The notes: generated by a model from the sequence alone, not told the origin. Positions 1-12,230 are shown, counted from the first letter of the whole stretch. The stretch is DNA of 63,093 bases, filler included, from Globobulimina sp. (GCA_003354225.1; 51 parts of 51 records of this genome joined end to end with filler, not necessarily neighbours in it); one strand, 5' to 3'. Numbers and translations are program-made.

Positions 1-2
1 AT

Positions 3-788
3 TTGTTTAATAAGTTAATGGTGCCGCAGGGGACAAAGTTTTTCATTTTAATGCGTGATCCGATTAGACGCACTTTTTCATACTGGAGCCATCAAACAAC
101 GCTTGGTCATTTACATGGAAAATGGGTACAATTTATAACCAATTCTTTGCAGAATACGCACATTCAAACTATGATAACGTTGCTGAAGGATGAAAGTAAA
201 AATATTCTGGAAATAAAGGATGATTTATTAGCACAATGGAAAGCTTATACGTATGCCAATGATAAGCCATATGGATACATTGGGAAAAGGGATGGAATGG
301 ACAGAGCTAAAAAAGGTGGTTTTCGACATAAACATATTCAGCGAAGGAAGTTGTTGTGGAGTCAAAAGGATCCTGGCTATGTCAAAGCGGATACAAACCC
401 CAAATTGGGACTTGGCGCAAGCTGTTATGTGATACCTTTGTTGATGTGGCTGAAATATGTGCCATCCGCACAGTTAACCGTCATGCAAAGTGAGTTGATG
501 TATGGTGGGAACCATAATAACTTTATATCGGATGTACGGTGTTGGTATTCATTGGGTTATGAATATGACACGTTGGAAGAATGCAAAAAAGAAAAGAAAA
601 AGAATGTGGAAGTATCAGAGGAACATTTGACTGTCTCTTCAAAAGGGAAAATAGAGGATAATGATGCGAGGAGATTACATAATGAATTGTTTCAGTTTTG
701 TAATCAGAGATTAAAAGAGTTATTGGAAATGGATGAGTATAAACATTTGCCATTGCATCAAATAGAATGGGATGCGTGGTATTCATAA
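3..788 (+). CDS. PAPS-dependent sulfotransferase (heparan sulfate 3-O-ST/NDST-like), 5'-truncated
   Basis: KFFILMRDPIRRTFSYWSH matches the 3'-phosphate-binding motif (RxPxxRxxS); later WLKYVP..QL..MQSE segment is also typical. Confidence 0.72.
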   Translation: MFNKLMVPQGTKFFILMRDPIRRTFSYWSHQTTLGHLHGKWVQFITNSLQNTHIQTMITLLKDESKNILEIKDDLLAQWKAYTYANDKPYGYIGKRDGMDRAKKGGFRHKHIQRRKLLWSQKDPGYVKADTNPKLGLGASCYVIPLLMWLKYVPSAQLTVMQSELMYGGNHNNFISDVRCWYSLGYEYDTLEECKKEKKKNVEVSEEHLTVSSKGKIEDNDARRLHNELFQFCNQRLKELLEMDEYKHLPLHQIEWDAWYS

Positions 789-1140
789 TTGATTTGTTTA
801 TCTAATTTGTTTTGTTGTAACGAACCCGTGATATTAGTATCATGCGAACCTAATTTAAGATTTTCTTTTTCCACTATATATGATTATCAAAGCGATTTTT
901 GATCAACAATCATGTCAGTTTTATTTTGTCTCCTTGGAATAATATATGCTGCGTTATAATTTGCAAGCTTTTTTGCGTGATTATCGATACGTTGTGGATG
1001 AGAATCGAAATGCCTTTGAAATGTGGCAAGAATCGTTTGTATGTGATATTGGATCATGTTATTTGACGGCGCGAAGTAATCGAAATAAATCATTAATGGC
1101 CAAAGCAAATAATAAACGAAAAGAGATATTTTTTGCGACT

Positions 1141-1240
1141 NNNNNNNNNNNNNNNNNNNNNNNNNNNNNNNNNNNNNNNNNNNNTTAATTAATTAANNNN
1201 NNNNNNNNNNNNNNNNNNNNNNNNNNNNNNNNNNNNNNNN
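1141..1240. other. Artificial contig linker (first of 50 identical copies)
   Basis: N44-TTAATTAATTAA-N44, a stop-codon cassette recurring every 1238-1240 bp; 58093 bp of contigs plus 50 x 100 bp equals 63093. Confidence 0.99.
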
Positions 1241-1411
1241 CTGCCACATTTCACATGTAGTATGCGGGAGTATGATTAAAATTATTTATATCAATTGCCT
1301 GTGTACAAAGTTGCCCTGATAAGTCACTTTTATAATACCATCATCACTTAAGTAACAAACTAAGTAACAAAATAAACAAATATACTGCATGCAACCGTTA
1401 CCGATTCAATT

Positions 1412-2380
1412 GTGACATTTCGTGAGAATAATTGGCTGATGATTAAGTATGATCACCCAAAGAAATTGCACGCCGGGCCAGTTGTACACAAACGAATTGA
1501 ACCATTTAAACATTCGTTAAAATATTTATATAATCTAAGTGCGGATAAATGGTTATTACGATATGTTACAATTCGATATTTTGCTCGAGTTCAATTGACA
1601 TTTACAGGACAAATATCCTGTGTTAGTAATAATGGACAGATTCGCTTACAATACATACGATATACAACTTCGCAACATACAAATGCTGAAATACTTGATT
1701 TCATTGATCCATTCCATTCATTTTGGTTTCATTATAAACAGATTGATATTATTTTACATAAAAACAAAGATGTCACTGCTGAAATATTAGATATATTAAA
1801 AATGAAAATAGCGCAATCATTTATATATTTTAATGAATTCAAAGCATTACAAAAAGAAAATGCCCTCAAAGTTCTTGGCGGGACCTGTTGTCAACAATAT
1901 ATTCAACAAATAATTGAAATGAAAAATGGTATTTTAATTAGTTCAGAATTTGCAAAGAAAGCTCGTACATTTTTATTCGATATCGACCGACCAAACAAAT
2001 ATTTAGTATTAAAGAAGAATGTATATTTAAATGAACAACGAAGATTAGTGGAATGGAGCAAGTCCGACATCTGTAAAATTGTTCATTATTATAAGGAATT
2101 ATTTGTTAAACAGTTACTTAAAAGTATGCATATCCATAATAAGGAGGAAAAGCAAAAAGAAATTGAATATAAAAGTTATTTGTTTTGGGATAATGTTGCA
2201 ATTCGCAATGAGATTAAAAAAGAATTGATACGCTCAGAGAATACAATGGCTTTATTGGTGTATAATTGCAAAAAAGGTGGAGTTAAAAACATGGAAAACA
2301 TTGTAAAATTAAAATTATACAATGTATCAAAATGGGGAATAAAAAATATAAAACCTTATATTCGTAATCCCAGAAAATAT
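1412..2380 (+). CDS. Orphan basic protein, 3'-truncated
   Basis: More than 320 open codons in AT-rich DNA; no motif recognised. Confidence 0.5.
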
Positions 2381-2514
2381 NNNNNNNNNNNNNNNNNNNN
2401 NNNNNNNNNNNNNNNNNNNNNNNNTTAATTAATTAANNNNNNNNNNNNNNNNNNNNNNNNNNNNNNNNNNNNNNNNNNNNATAAAAACGATCACAACGTT
2501 GCAGTTCATCGGAT

Positions 2515-3620
2515 ATGATGCATATGTTTAATAAAAACAAACATCACAATTCATGTGTTCACAAAAGTTGTAAGAATAAGCATAATAAATCAACGAAGAA
2601 AAGAGGCAAATCTGCATGCAATTGGATGTCAAAAAAAACATTCCAAATTGACAAAACTCGTCAATATTACAAAAATGAAATCAAACGACAGCTGATTGAT
2701 CATGTTGCAAAACAGCAATTTGGTGTTAACCGAGCAGAGAATGGATGCAACATTGACATAAAAAACAATTGCAACGCCTCAACCGGCTCAGACTTATTAT
2801 ATGATTATGATATCGCAACTATAGCCACTGGACTCAAGCAAAGGAAAAAGAAGAAGTACCCACAAAAAACAACAACTGCTCTGAAGCTGCAACAAATGAT
2901 ATCAAACAAATTACTGATACCAAAGCGGAACATTCCAATACATTATTTGGTCAGAAAAAAAACTTTGAAACATATAACCAAAAAGTATAAAAACTATGTT
3001 TATATCGACAACATTGATCAGCGTAACATCGATATTCAGGTTGCAGTGAATAACCAAATAATTAAGCATTTCGCTGCCATATTTTATGGAGTGTTCATGA
3101 TGTTTATGCGGAATCTGATGGTTGTAATACCCGATGATATCATCGGTTTATGTCGGATATATTTTGGTGATGAAAATGATATTACTCAAAACATAGATAG
3201 TTTTGGCAATTTATCCAAATTGATGGACGCTGGAACGACATTTGTGTACAACAGTAAACGCACTTTCTTTGTGGGTGCAATTCTGAACGAAAACTCATTC
3301 GATAAAGAATATATTCTGCCAATGTATGAGATAATGAATGTGCAATTTGCATTTGATAATGAATATGTACGTAAAGCATCGAATTCTGTCTATCATGGCG
3401 TGCAGCATACTTATGCTTGTTATGAGTATTCGTGTGAAGGAGTAACCGATGTGTGGTTTGTGCAGAATTACAATATGGAACACCTAATATTGATGAAAGG
3501 ATTTGCAACCAAATTTGCATTAAATCATAATAGATATTTGCGGAGAAAATGGAGTGCATATTATAAACTGCAACAGACCAAACCCATCGCATTGATCAAC
3601 AAAATCATTGTTGAAGAAGG
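2515..3620 (+). CDS. Hypothetical protein, Lys-rich N-terminus, IPxDIIxLCxxYF motif
   Basis: About 368 open codons; IPDDIIGLCRIYFG resembles a motif I recall as expanded in foraminiferan proteins. Confidence 0.55.
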
Positions 3621-4352
3621 NNNNNNNNNNNNNNNNNNNNNNNNNNNNNNNNNNNNNNNNNNNNTTAATTAATTAANNNNNNNNNNNNNNNNNNNNNNNN
3701 NNNNNNNNNNNNNNNNNNNNGACACAAAACAAATACACCCACAAAAAAAACAGAAAAAAATCATATTTACATGCATGTGATAAAGCATTGTATTGATGTT
3801 CAACTTTTTTCTTGGATAAAGAACGTGTTTCCGAAAACATATATTATTTGTTTTTAATATTGATGACACTAAATTCCCTGTATCGTCATTTTTTGGTTAT
3901 AAAAATAACAATTAACCCGGATAACGTTTCTGTTGTTGTAATTTTGTTAACACTGAACATGTTTCTGAGCTTTTTGAAGTACAGTAGCGAGTAAGTCTTG
4001 GATTTCGACACAAAATTCAAAACATTCATTCAAACCCAAAATAATGATCAAAAACTAAAAAAAAATGAAAATAGTAAATAAAGTCTGCAGTTACATTAAA
4101 ATAAACAATTGTACCATCAATGAATGTGGAACAATATAAAGTGGAATGAGTTATTAAATCACAGAGATTGAATCTTCTGTATCAGGACTATTATTGTATT
4201 GCGATTCTCTCATTTGTATATCCTGTACATCGTCCTCATCACTCTCTATTTCCACTGAATGTTCCACAACGACATCGCAGAAGCTCCTAAATTCTGTAAT
4301 TTTAATATGAAAACGTTTTTTTTTATTTCTTGGAAAAACAAATCATGAGCGC

Positions 4353-4715
4353 TTAACTATTGTTTTGCATAATTTTATGACATCGTTGCTTCATATTCAA
4401 TAAAATATAGACCGGCAGAAGTTCATCACAACCATCTAATTTATCACTTGGTAGCCAACTGTCCTTCCATTCCACTTTATATTTATATTCATTTTGATTA
4501 ATAGTTATTTTATTAATATTTTTTATTTCATGCAGCCATGCTAAGAATTGGTTCGTTGAGGAGAATGTTGTAGGTTTCCATGCAACATTGTATAATACAT
4601 TTCGATCCAAAGTGATATGATTTATTATCTTTGCAACCTCAAATTCTGTGCTGTTGGCTTTAATATTTTCTTGATTTTTTTCAGATTTTCTTTTAGATTT
4701 ATGATGTCTTGGCAT
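4353..4715 (-). CDS. Small chromodomain-like protein with a duplicated N-terminal half
   Basis: EFEVAKIINH...YNVAWK...YKVEWKDSWLPSDKLDGCDELL follows the chromo pattern; basic N-terminal segment; complete ATG-TAA ORF. Confidence 0.6.
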   Translation of the reverse strand: MPRHHKSKRKSEKNQENIKANSTEFEVAKIINHITLDRNVLYNVAWKPTTFSSTNQFLAWLHEIKNINKITINQNEYKYKVEWKDSWLPSDKLDGCDELLPVYILLNMKQRCHKIMQNNS

Positions 4716-4960
4716 TTTTTATTAAGTGATGGAATGTGAATTGTGAATTGCGTACAAGCTGATATTGTATGTGTATATGAATAGTTCTGAGATAAATCAA
4801 TTGAATGGAAGTGTCAGAAGTGAAGTGCAAGGAGATAAATAAATGATTTTTAGTCTTCAANNNNNNNNNNNNNNNNNNNNNNNNNNNNNNNNNNNNNNNN
4901 NNNNTTAATTAATTAANNNNNNNNNNNNNNNNNNNNNNNNNNNNNNNNNNNNNNNNNNNN

Positions 4961-5497
4961 AGAAAATTTCACGCTTTGGCTTTATTACCACCTGCACTGG
5001 TCCCCAAAGCATGCAATCTTTTGGTAAGATCTTATAAGGAACACACCCCTACTGCGTTCTATATAAAAGCAGAGGGATGGATCAGATACCATAAGCGTTA
5101 TTGGATGAAAAATGGCCGGTTTATTAAAGAATGGAACTGTTATAGATCTGAAATGCGCACAAACAATATTTTGGAGTCTAGGAATAAATGTATTCATCAA
5201 CGGTTCGGCGCTCATCCCTTTTTATTCGAATTTGTGTGGCGTCTTAGTGAATGGTTTGCTGATGGAATAATCGAATATGATCAATATTCTGAGCATAACA
5301 AGACTCGTCCAAGGAAAGGTATAGAAGTCTCGAAGAATGAAGTTTTACGGATATTGTGGGATCATATTGATAAATATCAAACGAAGGAAGATATTTTATT
5401 TTTTTTGAGTAAAGGAAGCATTGCTTTACATGCAAAGAAAGAAATTCTTGACAAAATGCTGTTAAACTTTAAAAACATTTTGCAAAAAAATTCTTAA
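4961..5497 (+). mobile_element. Mutator/MULE DDE transposase, C-terminal part
   Basis: RKFHALALLP...RYW...WNCY...RTNNILESRN...HPFLFEFV is the MULE signature, including the catalytic Glu of TNNxxE. Confidence 0.8.
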
Positions 5498-5504
5498 TAT
5501 AATT

Positions 5505-5640
5505 ATTAGATCTATTATTAGATCTATTGAATCTATTGAATCTACGTTAATCTATTGGATCTACTTAAATCTACCTTAGATCTATTGGATCTATTAGATC
5601 TACTCAAAAAGTAGATCCAAGTAGATTTAGAAGATCTAAG
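5505..5640. repeat. Array of AGATCTA/TAGATCT-like motifs just 3' of the transposase
   Basis: About a dozen (T)AGATCTA, GAATCTA or GGATCTA variants; the last copies are in the opposite orientation. Confidence 0.65.
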
Positions 5641-5943
5641 ATTGTCTGAACTGAATATGGGTACAATATTTTACCCAAAAAAAGACCGTACAGTGAATCC
5701 ATCGGAGCATGATAATAAAAAATAATATTCCCGTGATATTTTTGAAATTATAAATATGATCATGTACATATTTATAATTTCAGAGATATTGATTTGTTTC
5801 ATGTGACATAAAATTTAACAAAACACAAAACAAAACAAAAGACCGATGACATTAAGCTTAAAGTCTAAAGTTTTTTTCAAGAAACATCAAAAACAATGGA
5901 TGCTGACTTAGGGGTTGTTCTTATATTGCGCAATATAAATTTG

Positions 5944-6100
5944 GACCTAGGACTTAGGTATCCTTAATTGCAATAAATTGCAATAACTCGAGACTTGTCT
6001 GTGATCCATATTGTTGTGCCAAATAAGCTTGCGTTAAAAGCCCACAACTCAGGTCTAAATTGCAATAAATTGCAATAACCATATACCTAGGTCCTAGGTC
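5944..6100. repeat. Small element bounded by an 18-bp inverted repeat (MITE-like)
   Basis: GACCTAGGACTTAGGTAT (5944-5961) and ATACCTAGGTCCTAGGTC (6083-6100) match 17/18; internal 22-bp direct repeat AATTGCAATAAATTGCAATAAC at 5966 and 6058. Confidence 0.6.
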
Positions 6101-6202
6101 NNNNNNNNNNNNNNNNNNNNNNNNNNNNNNNNNNNNNNNNNNNNTTAATTAATTAANNNNNNNNNNNNNNNNNNNNNNNNNNNNNNNNNNNNNNNNNNNN
6201 CA

Positions 6203-7308
6203 TTTGGGGCATCATGGATGTTAATAGCAATATCATTGGGCCATTCATTAACAATTTATAAAATAGGATTTGTGCACGAATCAGGATTATATATAATATT
6301 AGGTTTATTTGGTGGTGCAGTATGGCTATTATTTGGCCCATCCGACGTCACAGAATATAATTTTAGTCCAGATATGTTTTTCGAAGTAGTGTTACCACCG
6401 ATAATATTTGCAGCTTCCTATAATTTAAAAAGAAAACAATTTATCAATAATTTTGTGCCCATCATGGTATTGGCCATAATTGGCGCCGTGATCAATTTCT
6501 TATTAATGGCAATGATCGGTGTAACTGTCGGTCCATTTGGTTTGGAAGAATCTGAAATAATGTTATTTGCCGCCACTATGTCAGCCACCGACGGCATCGC
6601 AGTCGTAGCCTTAATCGACGCAGAGGCGTATCCCACAATATTTGGCACATTGATTGGTGAGGGATGTATCAACGACGCAGTGGCCATAATATTATATTCA
6701 TCCATCGACTCGTTACAAAGTGAAAATGCGCAGTTTGGTTTCACAGCGAGCGATTTAGGCCAAATGTTCATTAAAGTGTGTGAAACTGCGGCCATTTCAA
6801 TCTCAATTGGCGTTGGTGTTGGCTTAGTCTCTGCGTTGTATTTTCGTTTCGTTCGCATGCAACCAACACCAAAAACTGAATTGACATTAGTGTTTTTATT
6901 TGGATATTTAGCATATTCCATCTCTGATATCAGCGGCCAGTCCGGTATTATTGCTGTTTTTTTCTGTGGTGTCTGTATGTCGCATTATACATTCCATTCA
7001 TTGACACATGAGTCACAGGAGGCGTCTCAAGAGGGCTTCGAAGCCATTTCGTATGCGGGAGAGACATTTATTTATATTTCTTTGGGCTTTTATACATTTT
7101 CCTATACAGATTCCGCAAATTGGTCCTTTCAGTTTTTAATCGTTATGTTAACGGTGTTGATTGTTGGCAGAGTGTTGGTTGTGGGTCTTTGTGTTTTCTT
7201 GGTCAACATCTTCAGTAAAAAGGGGAAACGTATCGGTGTCAAGAAACAAGCGGTGTTTTGGTGGGGTGGCATTGTGCGCGGTGCCATATGTTTTGCATTA
7301 TCATTAAG
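6203..7308 (+). CDS. Na+/H+ exchanger, CPA1 (NHE/NHX) family, internal fragment
   Basis: HESGL, FFEVVLPPIIFAASY, SATDG, GEGCINDAVAI, SGIIAVFFCG, GIVRGAICFAL; probable intron donor GT at 7309. Confidence 0.93.
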
Positions 7309-7442
7309 GTATTCATAATATGTACAAAAATAATTGTCGTNNNNNNNNNNNNNNNNNNNNNNNNNNNNNNNNNNNNNNNNNNNNTTAATTAATTAANNNN
7401 NNNNNNNNNNNNNNNNNNNNNNNNNNNNNNNNNNNNNNNNTT

Positions 7443-8533
7443 GCAGTGATTGTCATACCACTCTCTATCATGGATATGAGTGAGCAGAAATATGTGCAGC
7501 TTGCAATGACTGGGTTGCGATATGTGGTCGTGTTCACAATGACTGCAACGTCGGTGTTGTTGTTGTATTCATATTTCATCCCAGATGCAGAAGGGGGATA
7601 TGATTATGATCCCGATGTGAATATACCAAATATCGGCAATGGCAATGAAGCTTTCAAGATTAAGGGCTTTGTTACCTTTATAGCGGTGGCTTCGTTTGCT
7701 TGTGCATATCAACATGGCGTGCCATCATTATCGCAGCCTGTTGAAAATAAACAATGTCTACCAACGGTTTATTTCAGTGTATCCATGTCATGTTTTATAC
7801 TGTTTACAATGTTGGGAATCAGTGTATCGTTGTACTTTGGGGATAATGTTGAAACACCTTGTTAGCTTTAATTGTATTGGATAGTTATTCTAGATTTGAT
7901 ATATCATAAACTGCATCATATTCATAAATCAAATCTAGAACAATAAAATCCGTACAGTATTTTTTTAAAAACATATATTAATTTAATAAAGGCACATTAA
8001 GTTGGGGTGAATTCCCAGGTTTTGGTAAGGATGATGATGGTGAATGGTGGGTATATTTGATTCAATATTTAGTTGTGTTGTTTCCAGCTGGCGATGTAAT
8101 ATCAGCTTTCCCTCTCAATGCCGTAACATTGAGCAATAATATGATCGCAGCATTTTTATCCTCAACAATGGATGCAAATAAAGTTAGAATATATTCGACT
8201 TTAATAAAATTTATTTGTGCATTTATTCCCATTGCGTTGGGCTGTTTAATCAATGACTTAGGCTCAATTTTGGAGTTTGCTGGAACATTTGTGATATTTG
8301 TTTGTTTTTTATTCCCTGCGATAATTGAATATAAATCGAAAAAATTGTGTGATCAAATATTAATGAATCCAAATGGACATAAAACCCCATTTACATTTTG
8401 GTATTGCGATGATAAAATACTTTTATTTGCGATGTCTTTTGCAATGATATCGTTTATTGCTGCCATTTATGGAACAGTTGACAGTATAATGCACGACGAA
8501 ATTCCCATTGAGGATATCGATATGTTGATATAA
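7443..8533 (+). CDS. Amino-acid transporter, TMEM104/SLC38-like; two exons (intron 7861-7991)
   Basis: QHGVPSLSQPV and LFPAGDVISAFPLNAVTLSNN; a 131-bp GT..AG intron joins ETP-C-TLSW in frame. Confidence 0.8.
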
Positions 8534-9128
8534 AAACATTTAACACTAAACATTACTGTGTTGATTTTTTGTACATATAGNNNNNNNNNNNNNNNNNNNN
8601 NNNNNNNNNNNNNNNNNNNNNNNNTTAATTAATTAANNNNNNNNNNNNNNNNNNNNNNNNNNNNNNNNNNNNNNNNNNNNCCAAAGAATAATGAGCAATG
8701 AATGCTCGAAAGTCCGTTGACTCTTGGCTTGCTACAAAATTGCCAATCGTGACAAGCAGGTTCTCTACTAAAAAAACAACATCAATAATTCATTTATCAA
8801 ACATATTCACAAGCCTCTACAAATATTATAAATTACAGCCAACAACGGCTGATGAAGCGGCATCAAAGTTACGGTAAACAACGTTTAAGGCAGGAGAGAA
8901 ATCAGAGAATTAAAGGCGATAAGAGGAGCAGACCAAAACAAAGCAGTGATACAGATATGTTATGAGAACTGTTAAATGGCAAAATAGTGCCAAGATATGG
9001 GTGATGAGATAAGATCTTATTGGTAAGTATGTGATATCAGCGATATCAGACGGATTCGAGACTGACATCATATTTATCGATACAATGATAGCAATCTGAA
9101 AAATTATGATAACAATATATTTTTTAAA

Positions 9129-9818
9129 TTATGAATATTTATTCATTTCAAATAAACATTTTCTAATATCTCCATCATATTTAACATATGAACACATTAA
9201 TAATTCCATTTCTGTTTCGCTCACTCTCTGTTTGTTCATTTCTGATTTAAATGTATCCAGACATATATCAAACGCATTTGTATTGGATTGATTTGTGGGT
9301 CTTAGTGGCGATTCAGTTATAGTCATTTTTTGTTTTTTCTTCAAAGGATACCGATCTTGGCTTGTAGGACATTTTCGTTTCCTGCTTCTACGTTTTCCAA
9401 AACGTGGCGGACAGTCACTTACTTTTCCATTTTCAGATTCATTTTGTGTACATTGCACTTTCTCTGTATCACACATATCACACTTGGCATCGCTATGTTT
9501 ATTTGCAAGAGTACATAATGGACAGATCCAGCCCAATAAAGTATTATTTGTATTGCTTTCTTGTGGTATTTCTGTGTTTGTTATATCAATATTTTCATTA
9601 TTTTGTGTGATAATTTCATTTTTTGTTTCTTTTTTTTCCGTATTAGTACTTGTTAAATGTTCCCATGGAATCACAATATTGGTTAACGTTTTTTGTTTTT
9701 TTTGATTTGATGTGTTTTGATTTGAATATGGATTCTTTCGTACATCAATATTTGGGTGGCTCTTATTTGGATATTTAGTTTGTTGTATTGCTAGAACAGC
9801 TTTTTTGAATTTAATTTG
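9129..9818 (-). CDS. RanBP2-type zinc finger protein, 5'-truncated
   Basis: WICPLCTLANKHSDAKCDMC; the frame stays open to the contig end. Confidence 0.7.
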   Translation of the reverse strand, partial: QIKFKKAVLAIQQTKYPNKSHPNIDVRKNPYSNQNTSNQKKQKTLTNIVIPWEHLTSTNTEKKETKNEIITQNNENIDITNTEIPQESNTNNTLLGWICPLCTLANKHSDAKCDMCDTEKVQCTQNESENGKVSDCPPRFGKRRSRKRKCPTSQDRYPLKKKQKMTITESPLRPTNQSNTNAFDICLDTFKSEMNKQRVSETEMELLMCSYVKYDGDIRKCLFEMNKYS

Positions 9819-10130
9819 TTNNNNNNNNNNNNNNNNNNNNNNNNNNNNNNNNNNNNNNNNNNNNTTAATTAATTAANNNNNNNNNNNNNNNNNNNNNNNN
9901 NNNNNNNNNNNNNNNNNNNNTATAAAGTGTGTAAAGTCATATTTTTTATTATATATTATTTTTTGCTATTAATCCTTTCTTCATTAATCTTTGTATTTTG
10001 TTAATTTCTTTTTTCTTTTAATATTAAAATTATAATATTCTTTTTTTTGTTGAGATTTCAGTTTATTTTGTAACGACGATACATTTTGTCAAGGTTTTTT
10101 GTTTGAAATCTGAGGAACACATTTTTCTCA

Positions 10131-11060
10131 ATGTTGTCTTGTAGAGCGGCAACGGTAATCAATAAAATTGATGCATTGATTGGATTCATTGATTGTGTTG
10201 CAAATAATGAGAAACTGGCAAATAGTTTGAGGTTTGAATCAAAACGAGCAATTGCCGCAACTCATTTACTTTGCAAAATATTATATGATGAGCTAAATGA
10301 TGGCAAACATCAATGTCCGTTTATCACAGAGAGCAAAGATAAAAATATATTAATAAACTTATTGGATTACATCGTGATAAGAGGCGGTGCCTGCAGAGAT
10401 TCCATATTATCTGATAAGAGAGCTATAAATGATATAGATTGTGTGGTTGAAATACATGAAACAACACAAATACATTTACAACACTTAAGAAAGTATCATT
10501 CAACAAAACAACAACAACTACAATCCAAAGATTGTGGTTGCTTATTATGGCAATATTATTTAAATAAATTTAATCCAGATAGCAGTGATAATATCTTACA
10601 AACACACTCACGAGAATTAGATGAAAAAGAATTAAAAAAAGAAGAGCAAGATTTGTATTTTAAAACAGAACGTGATATAGTAACTGCAGAATATTTGATA
10701 AATAGTCGTTTTTTTATGAAAATAATATGTAATTCGCCTATATTGGCACATAAATTGGCAATAAATAATTTCTTTTGGAACCACATTTGGAGCATACGCA
10801 TAAATGAGCCATTAATATATCATAATGTTGATTTAAATGGCGCCGAATTTGATTTTGTGGACAATACTTGCAAACATGGGGCAATCGATGAGTTAGATGT
10901 TGATTTCAATGATTTATACCCAAAAACGTTGTACAATGATCATGAGATTACGGAGAAAGATTTAATTGAGATAAAAATACCAATTTATCCAATATCAACC
11001 ATGCAATGTATATTATTTTATGATTTTACGATTAATACAATATTTATTAGTTTTGCTGAT
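10131..11060 (+). CDS. Divergent class II nucleotidyltransferase (CCA-adding/poly(A) polymerase head domain)
   Basis: IVIRGGACRD...NDIDCVV (motif A, DxD at 10431) and DFTINTI at 11022 (motif B remnant). Confidence 0.75.
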
Positions 11061-11240
11061 NNNNNNNNNNNNNNNNNNNNNNNNNNNNNNNNNNNNNNNN
11101 NNNNTTAATTAATTAANNNNNNNNNNNNNNNNNNNNNNNNNNNNNNNNNNNNNNNNNNNNGATAGACACTAAAAGTAGCTGTGATTAACACAAGTTACAA
11201 AGCCTTGTTTCCCTCTCCTTTAAAAAAAATGTTAAATCAG

Positions 11241-12230
11241 TCACAAAAAACGTTTTTTCAAAGAAATTAACATGTACACAATCAAATAATATAACATCAA
11301 CAACGCCTTCAATGGATTGTTACAGAATGCAACGATGATTCCAATGAAAAATCCACACCAAAATCTGTAACGAGGGATCATTGATCTGTAATCTCTGGTG
11401 TCATTTTCGTTTCTCCGTTTAACCTTCATTGTAAACATTTCATCCTTCCCATTTGCAAATGGGTGAATAACTAGTCTCCATTCAAATGGTATCCTCATTG
11501 TCTGTTTCACCAAATAATTGTTAATTCGAGCCAATGGTTGAGCTGTTGTGCTTTGATACCATTTCGCCAAATCAGTATCTGGAATCATATTCAATTCCAC
11601 CCATGCATTGTCTGTATCAATATATTCTTGATCAAAAACTTGGCAATTGACATGACAGTACATTTGATCACAAATTGCAATGGCAATTTTGTCATTCATC
11701 AAATGCTGATTTTGTTTAAACTCTTCGGGATCACATTGAAATCCATTTGTTTCTTTGAATAATTTTTCCATACCATTTCTGGAGATAATATAAGCGTGAT
11801 TGAACACACCTTTTGCACTCCATATTCTATCAGGAAGTACTATTGATTTTTCCACTGGATAGAGAATAGCTGACCCTAAAAGAAAGATATCCCAACTTTG
11901 TTCATTGTCTTCCTTTTCTTTAATAAATGCAACAGCATCTCTCAATACATTTTGCCATCCTTCCTTGAACACAACATCATCTTCAAATATTATGCCAAAT
12001 TTGATATGCTTATTGTTGTGATAACTTTTAATTACATTCCAATGGGATTCTGTGCACCCATATCTGCCACCATGTGGTGACCTTTTTGGTTGATGGAATT
12101 TTACTTTGCTTGCAATGCCCACTCTTTCAAATCTTTCTGACACTCTTTGCTTTCGCTCTGTTTTGCCAATTAAATTTATGCATTGAATATGTTCAAAAAA
12201 ATCGAATGGATTGTTTGCAGTGTCTGACAT
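11241..12230 (-). CDS. Glycosyltransferase family 25, complete, with C-terminal TM segment
   Basis: CINL...ER, GCTESH, IIFEDDV, HAYIISRNGMEKL. Confidence 0.85.
   Translation of the reverse strand: MSDTANNPFDFFEHIQCINLIGKTERKQRVSERFERVGIASKVKFHQPKRSPHGGRYGCTESHWNVIKSYHNNKHIKFGIIFEDDVVFKEGWQNVLRDAVAFIKEKEDNEQSWDIFLLGSAILYPVEKSIVLPDRIWSAKGVFNHAYIISRNGMEKLFKETNGFQCDPEEFKQNQHLMNDKIAIAICDQMYCHVNCQVFDQEYIDTDNAWVELNMIPDTDLAKWYQSTTAQPLARINNYLVKQTMRIPFEWRLVIHPFANGKDEMFTMKVKRRNENDTRDYRSMIPRYRFWCGFFIGIIVAFCNNPLKALLMLYYLIVYMLISLKKRFL

Noticed and set aside
6418-6921. Long antisense ORFs (also 46456-46986, 56197-56580, 59641-60102, 9295-9705)
   Set aside because: Shadows of well-supported genes on the opposite strand
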